64,000 nt of DNA, taken from Phoronis australis (Eukaryota; Animalia; Phoronida). The translations under genes and the position numbers were made by a program. A model generated the notes under the pieces. It worked only from the letters and a program-made list of their open reading frames with translations. It was not told where the DNA came from and searched no databases. The stretch lies in assembly GCA_002633005.1 (NCBI GenBank), contig NMRA01000022.1, positions 555,715-619,714 on the forward strand. The letters run 5' to 3'. Shown piece by piece: positions 49,538-62,120 of this stretch; position 1 is the stretch's first letter, and each line of letters opens with the position of its first letter.

Positions 49538-52500
49538 CTATTTAATATCTATCACAAGGTCTCCCAGTTCATCTTCGCTCTGATCATTATCAAAATCTTT
49601 CAATGATGGCAGCGTAAACGTTTCATTATCAACCTTGACCTCATTAGACATCGTTTGTGGCACCAGCGTACCACCTGACTTTTTACCACCAGATTTTTTC
49701 TTTGCTCTCTCCTTGTCAGCTTTCTTAACCTTTTGTTTCGCCGCAGCTTTATCACTTTTGGGTAATTTCTTCGGTCCTCTTTTTACACCTTCTTTCTTTG
49801 CTCTCTCCTTCACAGGTTTTAGTGTCTTGTTTATTGTTGCTGACTTTTTCGTCGCTTTGCTGACCTTAGCTGATGAGCTCGAAGCCTCACTCTGACTTGC
49901 CGTTTCTTCCGCCTCTGAAGTAGGCGCCGACGATTCAGCACTAGATGAGGACTCAACGACCTTGACCTTCGGTTGTACCTTACCATTCTTGAGTGCCTCA
50001 ATGAGCTCTTCATGTTCAGTACAGTAAGTGTTCTCGCAGCATGTGATGATGTTACCTGAAATTTATGGCAAGTAAAATAGATGCTGAAACTGACCAATAA
50101 AATACAATTATAACAGGCAGGAAATGGCGTTTATATTGCATAAAATTCAACACCATCCTACTCTCAGCTCTGACTGAAAAACTTGAAGCAAACTGCAGTG
50201 TTATAGAGAAGTACATCTCTCCCACTAAATTAAATTCATTTCCTACGTTCGACAGTAGAGGGAGCAACATTTAGTGTCTGGCTTACCTTCCTGATGACTG
50301 GAGCAAAATGAGTTAGGACACTCAACACACTTCAACTTAGCTACCTTGCCACAGTCGTCACAGTGGTGCCATGGACACTCCCATTTACCTGGTGGTGAAA
50401 AGAGACACGTACTATAACAGTTGAGACTGCGTAATGTCATACCTCAGTTTCAATGTAAATTATGATAATAAATGTGATATTCAATGAAGCAGGTTTGAAC
50501 TCAGCCGTGATCGTAACCACTGACTGTGCTAAGTGGAGACCCTGAGTGTAAGACAGCTAAACAGGAAATGATTGATTGTTACCATAGCTCCGAGTTCCCA
50601 TAATGCAACTGAAATGAAAGATGAATAAGATTTGTTTTTAGATAGAAAACCGAATGTACGTATGTTAATAAGCGGGTGTGAATCAATTATGTTGATGTGC
50701 AATAACCGTATATGGGAATATGACAATAATTCCCGGCATTATTAACTTACTTTATTGGGACATAACAATTTTTTGACATTTCAAAACATTAACCAAGATA
50801 TTCTATTATCCGGTAGGACATTAAGTGGGCTTCACTGTATGACACTTTTTGTAGCAGTGCAAATCCAGTTAAAGGTAAATATAATATTGATTGTGAGGAA
50901 AGTCAAAATTGAGAACAATCAAGTTCACAGCTGTGAGGTATTTAGTGTAAAATTAAGAAGTTACAAAGTCTAGCTGTATTGAAAGTGTCTAAAAAGGCTT
51001 ACATGACAACATAAAGTACTTTAAAGATAGCAGTGAAAATAGCTTGGACAGGCGTGCATTCCATAGACACCGAAACCTTGAAAAAACGCAAGATCACACG
51101 AGACTTTGCGAGATATTGCAATGAATCACAAGATAATCACATGTCCACATTAGCTTCTTCTGCAAGATTTTTGCACCTCACGGAACTCAGCCGATCTTTT
51201 ACACTTTTGCCAAAACATCCCAATGACAACAGAAAAGGTTTACCACATATGCACATATTACATAACATACACAGGTACACGCAATTTTGAAATTCACGAA
51301 AGTGACAAACATCAATCATGGTAAAACTCGGATAAGTCGGATCTAACCAGAGAGAGTTTATCAATGTGAGGTGAAATCAGAGTTATTGAAAGGTTGAGCG
51401 CACCAACTAGAACAACAGCACTGTTGAACTTTGTCAGAGTACAAAGAAAATCCAACTAATGCATATTCGATCTATACAAGTTTTACTGAACATCACTTGA
51501 AGAACTGTGCACGTAAAACCAAGTACAGTAATGGGAACAGTAATTGAAACTGAAATGCTCCTTGGAAAAATGGCAAAATGAGCATTTCAGTAAAATTAAC
51601 TCCCAAACTTGGATGTCCCACGAGAACAGAGCATAGACCACATACCATATGGAGGCTTGGTCAGTTTGAGACACTGCAGGTGATATGCCTTCGGACATTT
51701 GGTGCGGTCACACATGACCAGTTCACCACCGTCCCCACAACGAAAGCAATAGTCCTCATGTTCAATCTTGATGCTTGCCTTCATTTTGCGTTTCTTCTTT
51801 TTCTTCTTGTCTTTCATGGCTGCCTCCTGAGCCGCGGCATGTGCAGTCTGAAACAGGGGACATATCTCCTAAGTCAACACAGCGCACTTCAATACAGAAC
51901 ACATTTCACTTTGTCTGCGATACACTAAAATTGCCTCAACAGGGAGTGTTTCAATCATTGATCCAATGAACTCAATAGTTCCTCAAGGATTTACATGCAT
52001 TTTACAACAAATTCAGTCCATCAGACAAACCTCTGCTCAAATAGCTGCGACAATTAAATAATTTTCTTTATCAACACTATCACTAATATTATTACTGTAA
52101 ATAATTTACAACTCAATTTTCTAACACGCCAAAAATCACTGATCGGAAAAGTGACCCAGTGACTTAGCCCATAAATATTGTGTATGTGCACCACTAAGCC
52201 CATGCACAGTATCTGTTCCCATGTTGTGGCCTTTCCATAGCCTGGCCAATGGATTTTAAAATCCGTGCCAAAGTGTTTTTGGAAGCCCTATGGTCATGCC
52301 GTACTCTTTAAACAATTCACCTACTGGAATTAGTGACCAAGCACCTAGTGTCTTTGGCTCAAGCAAAACTACATTTAGAACTACAGCAAGAATATTTCTG
52401 AGTCGATCCACTGAACCGTTTCTCCCTTGCAGTTCGACTCAGTGCTCTACCACTGCAACACAGTTACCTTGGGCCTGACCCCCAAGAAGCCACTACAGTT

Positions 52501-55500
52501 GGCAGCCCCACAGTGACATTCCTTCTTATCATTTCCCAGACAGTCCAGGTTGTAGTTAAATGTAAGCTCAGATCCTGTGAAAGGAAAACAAGTGTGGTTC
52601 AAATTACATCATAAATTACTAAACAGCCAAAACAATTCTAACAGCTGTACTCACATATCCATCATACGACAACTACTGGAAAGCTGTTCAAAAGTGTGAG
52701 AGGTATGTCTTAAATTCTAATTAAGATCAATTATCAGAACTGCACTGTGTGAACGGACGGCTTGTAATACTCACTGGTGGTCTTTAACATTACATCGTAA
52801 GATCTATCATACACAAGATCAGTGACTACCAAGTAAGAGCTACTTCAAGTTTATTGCGAGCTCAAATTATTCTCAACAAAACTAGGAACATATCATTAAT
52901 TGAAAATCTCAAAAGATGCAGCAGTTACAAACCCACCGTCTGTCAAAAACAACCTTTTGATTTTGGTCATTACGTGTTAGAAAAGTGGTCTCAACTCGTT
53001 CCGTTCTCAGACTAAAAGTGATTTCTGGGTTGTGAAGAACTAGCAAGTTTTGTAAGTGTTCAAGACCAGGTTCAATATGTTCACTTGTCACAGCGGGACA
53101 TTTCATACACCAAACACGATCTCAAGTGATGACTAGCCGTTGGTTCTTGAAATGTAAGTCTTAAACCATACTGGAAAGTTCATTATCAAAAAGAAATTAA
53201 TTCTGTTCAACTGGACTACGGTACTTACTAAAAATCCTTAAGCCGTCGGGAGCATCCTGCTCCCTTCTTGATGAATGATGGAATGATTACAATGGCAGGA
53301 CAGGAGGAGCTTCTTACTGAACTCTGACAAAATATGATCTGTAGTAGCATTCCAAGCACTAGACAGAGTAAACCTGCCACCTCCATGTCTATCGAGTGAC
53401 AGATTCACTGCCTTAATGTCCCATCATTCCAACATCAGTTCTTTACAAGTCCAGAACACATTTAGTCTAAATCTAGAGTTATAATTTCTTTGACGAAAGG
53501 AGTGTTTATAACATCTTGGTGAGTTAATAAAGGGATACCAACCTGCTTTGATGTCATCAAGGGCGAACAGACCAACCCGGACATTACCATTCACCGTCCA
53601 CTTTTGAGTCTCGAGGTTTGGTTGACAGCAGTGGTTCATAAATCTTGACCAGTTACCCTTGGGCCCGGCATCAATGATGCTGCGATATGAACAAGAACTT
53701 GAATGAGAAACTTCGCATAACACTATTCGATCAGCACAGATCATTAAGTTCACCAGCGACCAGACACCACAGTTTGGAATGCGCAAAAGGCCTAAAATAA
53801 AGTCCCATGTCTTCCAAACAGGAATACCTTTGAAGCAAGACATTCTGGGCAACAAAACTGACACTTCACTTGAACCACCAACACTCGAGCCTGGGTAATT
53901 AATACCAGGTATCCTAATTTTCAGATTTAAGTTTATGTTTGCAGGCTCGGGAGTTTCAAGTCACAGGCGGTCTGATTTACAACTAGATGGTTGGTTCATA
54001 GCAAGCAATGTGTTTTGTCTAACAATGATTTTCCAATTAATGGGATAACTCCAACTAACACAGTTCCGCCACAATTACTGTAGTTATCAATGCGAAGTCT
54101 CACACGCACAAAGACAACATGGCAAAGGTCCTCTGCATGCATACAACAGCAACTGATTCTCTATGATGCGTTTTGATCATATTTCACTAAAACTGTTGCC
54201 ATATCGAGCCCCATAATCAAAATGGGTCTTGGGCAAGTAAACTAACTGCTGCACACTGCGGTTCATCCACAATATTAAGAGATTAATAGATTACGTCCAT
54301 AGAGACACCAAGCTCCATTCATACAGTTGTCTGATCGATTCAAACTTGCAACGTAGGTGAAGTAGTTGCCCGGTGTTAAGTGTCTTGGTTGACCTCCTTT
54401 GCATAGGTCACGTTGCCATCCACATTCATAGTTGCATGTTTAATTGTTAATTCACATTAGATTTCATAAAACAAAAAATATTTGTGAAATGTTAAGAAGA
54501 ATTTCTTTCGCGTTGTGTGCTTGTTTATCCATAGGACAATATTAGTCCATGGATTATTCAGATAAATATTCATCTGACTGTGAAGTCTACTACCTGCTAG
54601 CGTGACCCGAGTGGCTGGAAAAAATAGCTTAATTGAAACTTTGGAACCGTCCAAATCCTGTAAGTTGTAAGAATTATTGCTTCAGAAGACACGACCTGTG
54701 GAAATTTAAGAACTATTGGAATTTGAATTGAAGTGAGCAAACTACTGGAAAAAATGTACATGTGACCAACAGCAAAATTTAAAATAAATTAAGAGTGTAT
54801 ATACCACTGACTACAGATTATAAACCGGGATAATTCATCTGTAATGACGCAACAAACTTACAGATTTTTATCAATCGTCAACATGTAGAAGTTGTGAACG
54901 TCGTTATCATGGGCTTTCTGTATCCTGTTGCGACATTCTTCTTCATCCACCAGCTCTCCACAGTACTCGTTGACAAACTGACCCTGTTAATGACATAAGT
55001 CAAACACTCTCTCGTGCACTGTAGGATACCATGTATTGCATGCAGTGTATTGAAATTGACCCTTTGTTCTACTGGACTGGTGACTTGAAAACTGATTAAC
55101 AACAGCTGAGGGTTGTAAGATCGTGAACTATAGTTAAATTCAATTAAGTTGCATTATTCTCTGTTGATTTCTGATGGCCGCACACCTAATTCAGTTACAC
55201 AAGTGTGTGGCATGAGAAATCAACAGAGGACAGTGACACCTACAGCCCCACGAGGTTTAAAGTGACTTGAAAAGGGAACTAACAACACAATACCAAAAAC
55301 AGTAGACTACTTCAACAGTAGACCTTTTCCAATGCTACAGACAAGGACGTTTTCGAATCCAAACTCAGATCACAAATCGGAAGAAAAACCACAGTTGGAA
55401 ACAAAACAAGTCTCGTCCTCAATTTAACGGCTTAAACAGTGAACTCTTTTACTTACAGAGAGTACCATGTCTTTCACTAAGAGAGAGCACCATGTGTTTA

Positions 55501-58500
55501 CCTCAACTGACAAGATCCTCTACACAACTGGTTCAAAACCCACATGTAGCCTCCAGACAGATACACACATCACTCAATACAATTATATTCTTGTTCCCAG
55601 TGACTACTTTGAAAAGCGAACTCTGATTCCTGTAAAAGTACCTTTTTAATGTCGACCTTGGTCCTCAGTCCCCACCCCCTTTCTTTGGTCTTGAACGGCT
55701 CTGAGTCGGGGTATTCCCTCTTGGTAAATCTCTGGTTCTGACACTTGTCGCCTGCAGGGCACATGACTGGGTGACACTCATACATCAACATACGATTTAA
55801 ACAGTCTGTGTCTGACGAGCAGGGGTTCTCCTGTGATAACTTGCACTCACAGCGTGGAATGGCTGACAAATCAGGCTTGTTTAGCACAACGTTGCCATAA
55901 GGAACATTAACCTGTGAGAAATCAAAACGTTTTAGAGACTACTTTCGACACCCAATTAAAAAATTTCAAGACCAACACGTGACAAAATGTTATTAATCCC
56001 TTTCTAATTGTAATCTTATTCTTAGGAACATTCATCTCCGAAATTCCACTCTGTACATGATTGCCAAAGCAGACATCCCACAATGCAAAGTCACGTAAGC
56101 CCGTTTCTCATTGGTCAGTCATTCAAAAACTAACTACAACTGACCGTCATCATACATTGGAATTCAGGATACATCTTGTTGGTTGGATCTTGTTCTCTAG
56201 ATTATTTCTGTCACCTACCAGCTTTCTGCCTGAACCTTCGCCCATATGGCACTTCAAAACGTGAATACTTTTTACTTTGAGCTGATTTTCGTTACAGAGA
56301 AATGAATATTCAAAATCCAAAACATTTTAAAATCAGTACATAGTGACTTTTAGGCATTAAAGTACGTCAAATACGATTAAATCGATAACAGTGAGAAGTC
56401 TTGGCATTCTGTCTCATCTCAACTCCAAGTACAAAAAATATGAGTATACAAACATTGATCCAGGTGTTACTTATGCTGGCAATCCAAGCCCTCACCAACA
56501 CAACCAAGCACTAGCAGTCCTGAGTTATCACACACTACTTAACAAACTTGATCAATAATTATAACCAAACTTACCATGACCAAGTTGATCAAAACCGGAC
56601 ACTCCAAGCTACCATGTCTGAGTTGATCGATCAACATAACTGGACACTCCAAGCTACCATGTCCGAGTTGATCGTTCAACATAACTAAACACTTGTACCT
56701 GTAAGTTACCTTGACAAACTTGAAAGGTGCAGGTTTCTTGTCCGACTTCTCCAGCTCCAGCAGTTTACGGTCATCCTTCATTCTTCGCCACACTTTGTAC
56801 GCCTCTGTAGCTTCTTGGACACCTGGGGGTAAAGACCAGTTCTAGTGCACTTGTGTACATGCGTGGATTTAAGCCACACATCTATTTATGAAACTGAACC
56901 TATATCTAGAATTCAGCAAATGCACATGTGTGCAAAGCACTTGAGCAAACAACAAATAAGGAGATTTTATCAACTTTCCATTACAATTACAAGGGATACA
57001 AGACACATAGAGAATACACAACTAAAGATCAGCAGAAATTATGGAGATATCTGCCTGCATGAGCCCATGCACTACTTGAGCAAAAATGTAAGAAAAAACA
57101 TATGATTAAATCTCGCCAATTTCGGACAAAACTAACTGCCAAAATTGGCCATTTTCCAGTTTTCAAATGTGAATGACCAGTTATTTTAGCTATGGTAACA
57201 GAACCTGAAAACAGTAAAGCATTGATTCGATGGTATTTAACTTTAAAGAAGAAATGAGAAAATAAAATTTTACAGATCCGGTATGTGTCCTAAATTGGCG
57301 ATATTTTACCGTAAATTTTGGAAATATGCCCAGGCCTAAAACCATGCAGACATACAGACACTAAAAGTTAATTCTAATTTACTCACTGAGTAGTCTGAAT
57401 CAGCACACATTTCAAAAAAGACTTTTCAAACTGCCAAATCTAAATCCCGGTCAAAAAAATCTGCCTTTTCCACACTACAAAATCCTTAAACTGAGCTGCT
57501 GAATCATGACCATGAACAATTAAAACAGCTTTTGGAACTTGGAGTCAAACATCCAAACCACGACACAATTACATAAAGCGGGGAGAGTTTGGTTCAGTGT
57601 GTGTCCTCTAAGCAGGGCACAACTTGGCCCTGTCTTCACTTACCCAGTTTGAAGACCTTTGCGATGCCCTTGGAATTCGCAGACTCATTGCTTCCTTTGT
57701 CTCCCTCTTGGAAATGGAATACTCTGTTTTTGGAAACAACAAATTGATAACATAGGAAGTGAAGTAAACGAGCGCAATTTGTACAGTTCAAGCTGTAAAA
57801 CAATGCAGGTAAGTGCAGCAATATCTCTAGCCAATCCAAGCACAAAGACTATCTCACTACGATTAACTCTGAAACGAGTAGTGTAAAACACACTTAAACA
57901 AGTATGCTAAAACCTCACCAATTTCAGATAAAATAATTCCTTAAATGACCCTCCTTTCACTTGTTATGAGTTCCCACAATTTCAGAAAACAATGTCCGTT
58001 CGTAGCTACGGTACAGAACTCGTACAAAGGAAAGCATTGCTTAGATGCTGCCTAGTGTTCAAGGAAAATTGAAAAAATAAAATTCCACTAGTGGGCTATA
58101 TTGTGTCCTAAATTGGTGAGTTTTTACCGCAGTCTAGACACCAACATAAACTGAACAGTAAAGTCTGAAAATATCTGAAGTCTCAAAACTAACACATTTC
58201 AGAGTTTATCAAAGCTGCAAAGCTGATATGAAGAGCTTAAAAGCAGACGTTACAATCAACAACAGTACTGCTTTGTAAAATTTTGGCATAAGCTTTCAAT
58301 TCTGCCTGGGTTTATCAAACAAATGTGGAAAAGTTATTTTGTTACGGCTTATCTACAGTGCATTTCTTCAAACAGAACATTATACTACATACACAACACA
58401 CAATACCTAGTGATCCAACTCAAAGGCACAAGCTTACCTTGCTTGATGAGTCCAAAAGTAGTCGTGAGAGCCAAAGAAACGGACGGGGAACTCGCCCACT

Positions 58501-59923
58501 TGGTGGGGTTTCTCCTGGATGTTGAGGGGTACGTTCTCTGGGTGACACACCTCACCTGGCCACCACCTGATACAGGAAGATGAAACGGAAGAATATACAG
58601 ACAGGATAGGAATGGATAAAGGAGATCTATGTTGACTGAACAAGCTAGCCGAATGGTTGAAAATACTTGGGTGATTTCACTACCATAACTTCATAGTTAA
58701 ATCTAGTATAGGAGAACCTTGTAATGGTACATAATGAGTACTAAGTAATGCATACGAAATACATCAGAACATGCGTAGGCACATACGGGAAATGTGTTCA
58801 TGTTAGGTCTTAAGTCTTCTCTTATTTAGCACGCAATATGGCAGACGACAAATTCTTCAATTCCACCAAATATATAAGAAACTTTATACCTACTACTAGC
58901 ATAGTTTGTACTGTGTAGGTGTCATAAAACAGCATTGTTTAGCTGATTTGTACTGTGTAGATGTCATAAAACAGCAGTGTTTAGTTTGTTGTACTGTATA
59001 GATGTCATAAAACAGCAACATTTAGCTTGTTGTACTGTGTAGATGTCATAAAACTGCAGTGTTTAGCTGGTTTGTACTGCGTTGATGTCACAAAACAGCA
59101 ACATTTAGCTTGTTGTACTGTGTAGATGTCATAAAACTGCAGTGTTTAGCTGGTTTGTGCTGCGTAGATGTCATAAAACAGCAATGTTTAGCTTGTTGTA
59201 CTGAGTAGGTGTCATAAAACTGCAGTGTTTAGCTGGTTTGTACTGTGTAGATGTCATAAAACAGCAACGTTTAGCTTGTTGTACTGTGTAGATGTCATAA
59301 AACTGCAGTATTTAGCTGGTTTGTACTGTGTAGATGTCATAAAACAACATTTGATTAAGTTTATAGTATTTGCACCAAGGTAACCAAGCTAAGAAAAAAA
59401 TGAAAAATATCGAAATGTGCGAAATTAGTGAAGAATTACTATAAACAGAATTTGCAAGGAGTTAAAGCAGTGACAAGTCACGACACCTGGTGTGCATTCC
59501 ACAAGGCTTTTAGTAGGTTTGGCGATTCATATGCGAGATTTTGCCCTGCACTTGAAGCAAATCACTAGCGCTCACCAGCTTACAATATTGACTGATGAGT
59601 GTCACTGAACAGTCCCCATGTCCTTATGCAGCCACTTTACCATCCAGAAACTATTGAGCGTAAACACCAATAGAAACTGTATTTTATTGGAATGTGGAAA
59701 CCTTTTGACATTTTGGTGATCAACTAATGACGTTAAGTTATTTCTTCACACCAGCAAATACCTCACCTGTAGTTGCCTAGTTTGACCCAGATGATATCTC
59801 CATAGAGAGGTTTCTTGCCGATACGGCAATCGGGGCAGTACCACGTTCCGTCCGGGAAGTCGATTTTAAGACATTCCGCATGGAATGCTGCAGGACAACT
59901 CTCACAACACAGCAAAGTACCAC
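49538..59923 (-). CDS. NSD: NSD-family histone H3K36 methyltransferase, 3' exons (PHD, PWWP, AWS, SET, post-SET, PHD-C5HCH)
   Basis: Exons 59923-59767, 58566-58438, 57723-57644, 56822-56710, 55911-55642, 54983-54862, 53679-53543, 52574-52468, 51847-51646, 50388-50287, 50055-49538, all phase-compatible. Motifs [83 protein letters not shown]. Confidence 0.97.
56545..56690. repeat. ~45-bp degenerate tandem repeat
   Basis: ggacactccaagctaccatgtcygagttgatcg twice plus a partial unit. Confidence 0.75.
57101..57313. mobile_element. TA-flanked MITE, copy 3
   Basis: tatgattaaatctcgccaatttcggaca ... tgtcctaaattggcgatattttaccgta. Confidence 0.7.
57903..58131. mobile_element. TA-flanked MITE, copy 4
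   Basis: tatgctaaaacctcaccaatttcagata ... tgtcctaaattggtgagtttttaccgca. Confidence 0.6.
58905..59350. repeat. 41/42-bp minisatellite with 83-bp dimeric higher-order unit
   Basis: gtactgtgtagatgtcataaaac followed alternately by agcaacatttagcttgtt and tgcagtgtttagctggttt; again at 62121-62445. Confidence 0.92.
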
Positions 59924-60136
59924 CTAAAAGATAAGACATCGTCAAAACTGGCTAGTGTGTTTTGACAGGGTGTGTTTACAGCCACCCCGGAAGTCTGTAA
60001 CTTAGAATTAAACCAAGGTAAGTTTGAGATGAACCAAAACACCAAAAATACCCCCTTAAGCTGTACACGGGACACAGTGCAATCATTAGCTAAAAGTGTT
60101 AACTCTCCTTATTTCAGAGGTTCAATTACTTCTTAT

Positions 60137-60584
60137 AAGGTTATGTATGACCCAAGAAAAATGTTCAAATTCGGCAAACTTCAAAACATATCTCAGAAAT
60201 GTCTGATTGGATTTATGTGAAACTTTCACATACCATGGTTGATACACTGTTCTCCAAAAGCTGTTTAGGAATTCTTTCTAAAATGTAACTTTGATAAAAA
60301 ATACTCGTAAGTTGCATGAAATGAAAACGACCTGATACTAATTTAGAGAACTGAAACAACGCTTTGAGATCTCATCTTAATCATTTTATATCATGTTAGT
60401 TTCAATGAACTTTTTTTGCTAAATTAAACTAGACATGGGCAAGTGACCAGATTGGAAAAAAGTCAAAAATCAACACCTACAGGCTTTCTACTTTCACAAA
60501 GTAAATGCCTTTACGATTTACAATCTATAGTTTTGTAAACATTCAGCTAAATACAAAGACTTGTCCATAAAGTCACCCATAATC
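60137..60584. mobile_element. TTAA-MITE family 1, near full-length copy
   Basis: taaggttatgtatgac ... gtcacccataatcttaa imperfect TIRs; duplicate starts ttaaggttatgtatgac at ~63744. Confidence 0.65.
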
Positions 60585-61290
60585 TTAATGCAAACTAAAC
60601 AAAACAAGAATCATCATTGAAAAACACATCTGTTCCATTGTCTACACCAGTGGTGACCTCAGAGCTCACAGTCAAAACTCTTACATTTTCAGTTCTGTTT
60701 GGTGCAAACTTAAAAGAAAATGCCACTCAAGAAACAACCTATTTTGTATTAATTTCGATCAAGTAGTTCCACTCGATAACAGCAAGGTCAGATGTTTTAC
60801 CCGACACCTAACGGCAGAGGGAGGTGTTGAAATTGACCAATGACGTAATCGATTCGAACGCAGTCTGTTCAGCCGTTCACAACACGCTTACTGGTGTCAA
60901 CTTATCACTTGAATGCATCGTTTTACACCAATAAATCACCAAAATTCGATGTAAACCCCTTACAAATACATAGAGTTCTTGAACAAACGTGTTGTTTCAT
61001 TTGAATGTACCGTAGCTTACAGAGTTCGGTAGGCCAATTTAAAATGCATGGTCGATCGCAGGCGTTTGGGTCTGTTTGGTGATAAATCCCAATCATTCTT
61101 CCGTGAAATACAGATGGGAGAACACAGCTGTGTGTTGTACTTTTAGACTTGCGATTTTTTCAGTTCTAAACACACATCTTACTCCCCGCCAGTGGCTCGG
61201 AGCCCGATCAGGCTCACCGCAGCTGCCAGGACAGGACATCACGAACATAAACCAGGTTAAGTTGGAAACTAAACCTCCAGTCATGAAAAG

Positions 61291-62120
61291 NNNNNNNNNN
61301 NNNNNNNNNNNNNNNNNNNNNNNNNNNNNNNNNNNNNNNNNNNNNNNNNNNNNNNNNNNNNNNNNNNNNNNNNNNNNNNNNNNNNNNNNNNNNNNNNNNN
61401 NNNNNNNNNNNNNNNNNNNNNNNNNNNNNNNNNNNNNNNNNNNNNNNNNNNNNNNNNNNNNNNNNNNNNNNNNNNNNNNNNNNNNNNNNNNNNNNNNNNN
61501 NNNNNNNNNNNNNNNNNNNNNNNNNNNNNNNNNNNNNNNNNNNNNNNNNNNNNNNNNNNNNNNNNNNNNNNNNNNNNNNNNNNNNNNNNNNNNNNNNNNN
61601 NNNNNNNNNNNNNNNNNNNNNNNNNNNNNNNNNNNNNNNNNNNNNNNNNNNNNNNNNNNNNNNNNNNNNNNNNNNNNNNNNNNNNNNNNNNNNNNNNNNN
61701 NNNNNNNNNNNNNNNNNNNNNNNNNNNNNNNNNNNNNNNNNNNNNNNNNNNNNNNNNNNNNNNNNNNNNNNNNNNNNNNNNNNNNNNNNNNNNNNNNNNN
61801 NNNNNNNNNNNNNNNNNNNNNNNNNNNNNNNNNNNNNNNNNNNNNNNNNNNNNNNNNNNNNNNNNNNNNNNNNNNNNNNNNNNNNNNNNNNNNNNNNNNN
61901 NNNNNNNNNNNNNNNNNNNNNNNNNNNNNNNNNNNNNNNNNNNNNNNNNNNNNNNNNNNNNNNNNNNNNNNNNNNNNNNNNNNNNNNNNNNNNNNNNNNN
62001 NNNNNNNNNNNNNNNNNNNNNNNNNNNNNNNNNNNNNNNNNNNNNNNNNNNNNNNNNNNNNNNNNNNNNNNNNNNNNNNNNNNNNNNNNNNNNNNNNNNN
62101 NNNNNNNNNNNNNNNNNNNN
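61291..62120. other. Assembly gap (830 N)
   Basis: Run of N. Confidence 1.

Noticed and set aside
49870-49890. ctgatgagctcgaa as a hammerhead core (also ctgatgagtgtcac at ~59592)
   Set aside because: No adequate stem II or GAAA box and no flanking stems; the first is antisense to NSD coding sequence.
58905-59350. CRISPR-like regular repeats
   Set aside because: Contiguous units with no unique spacers, no cas genes, eukaryotic intron.
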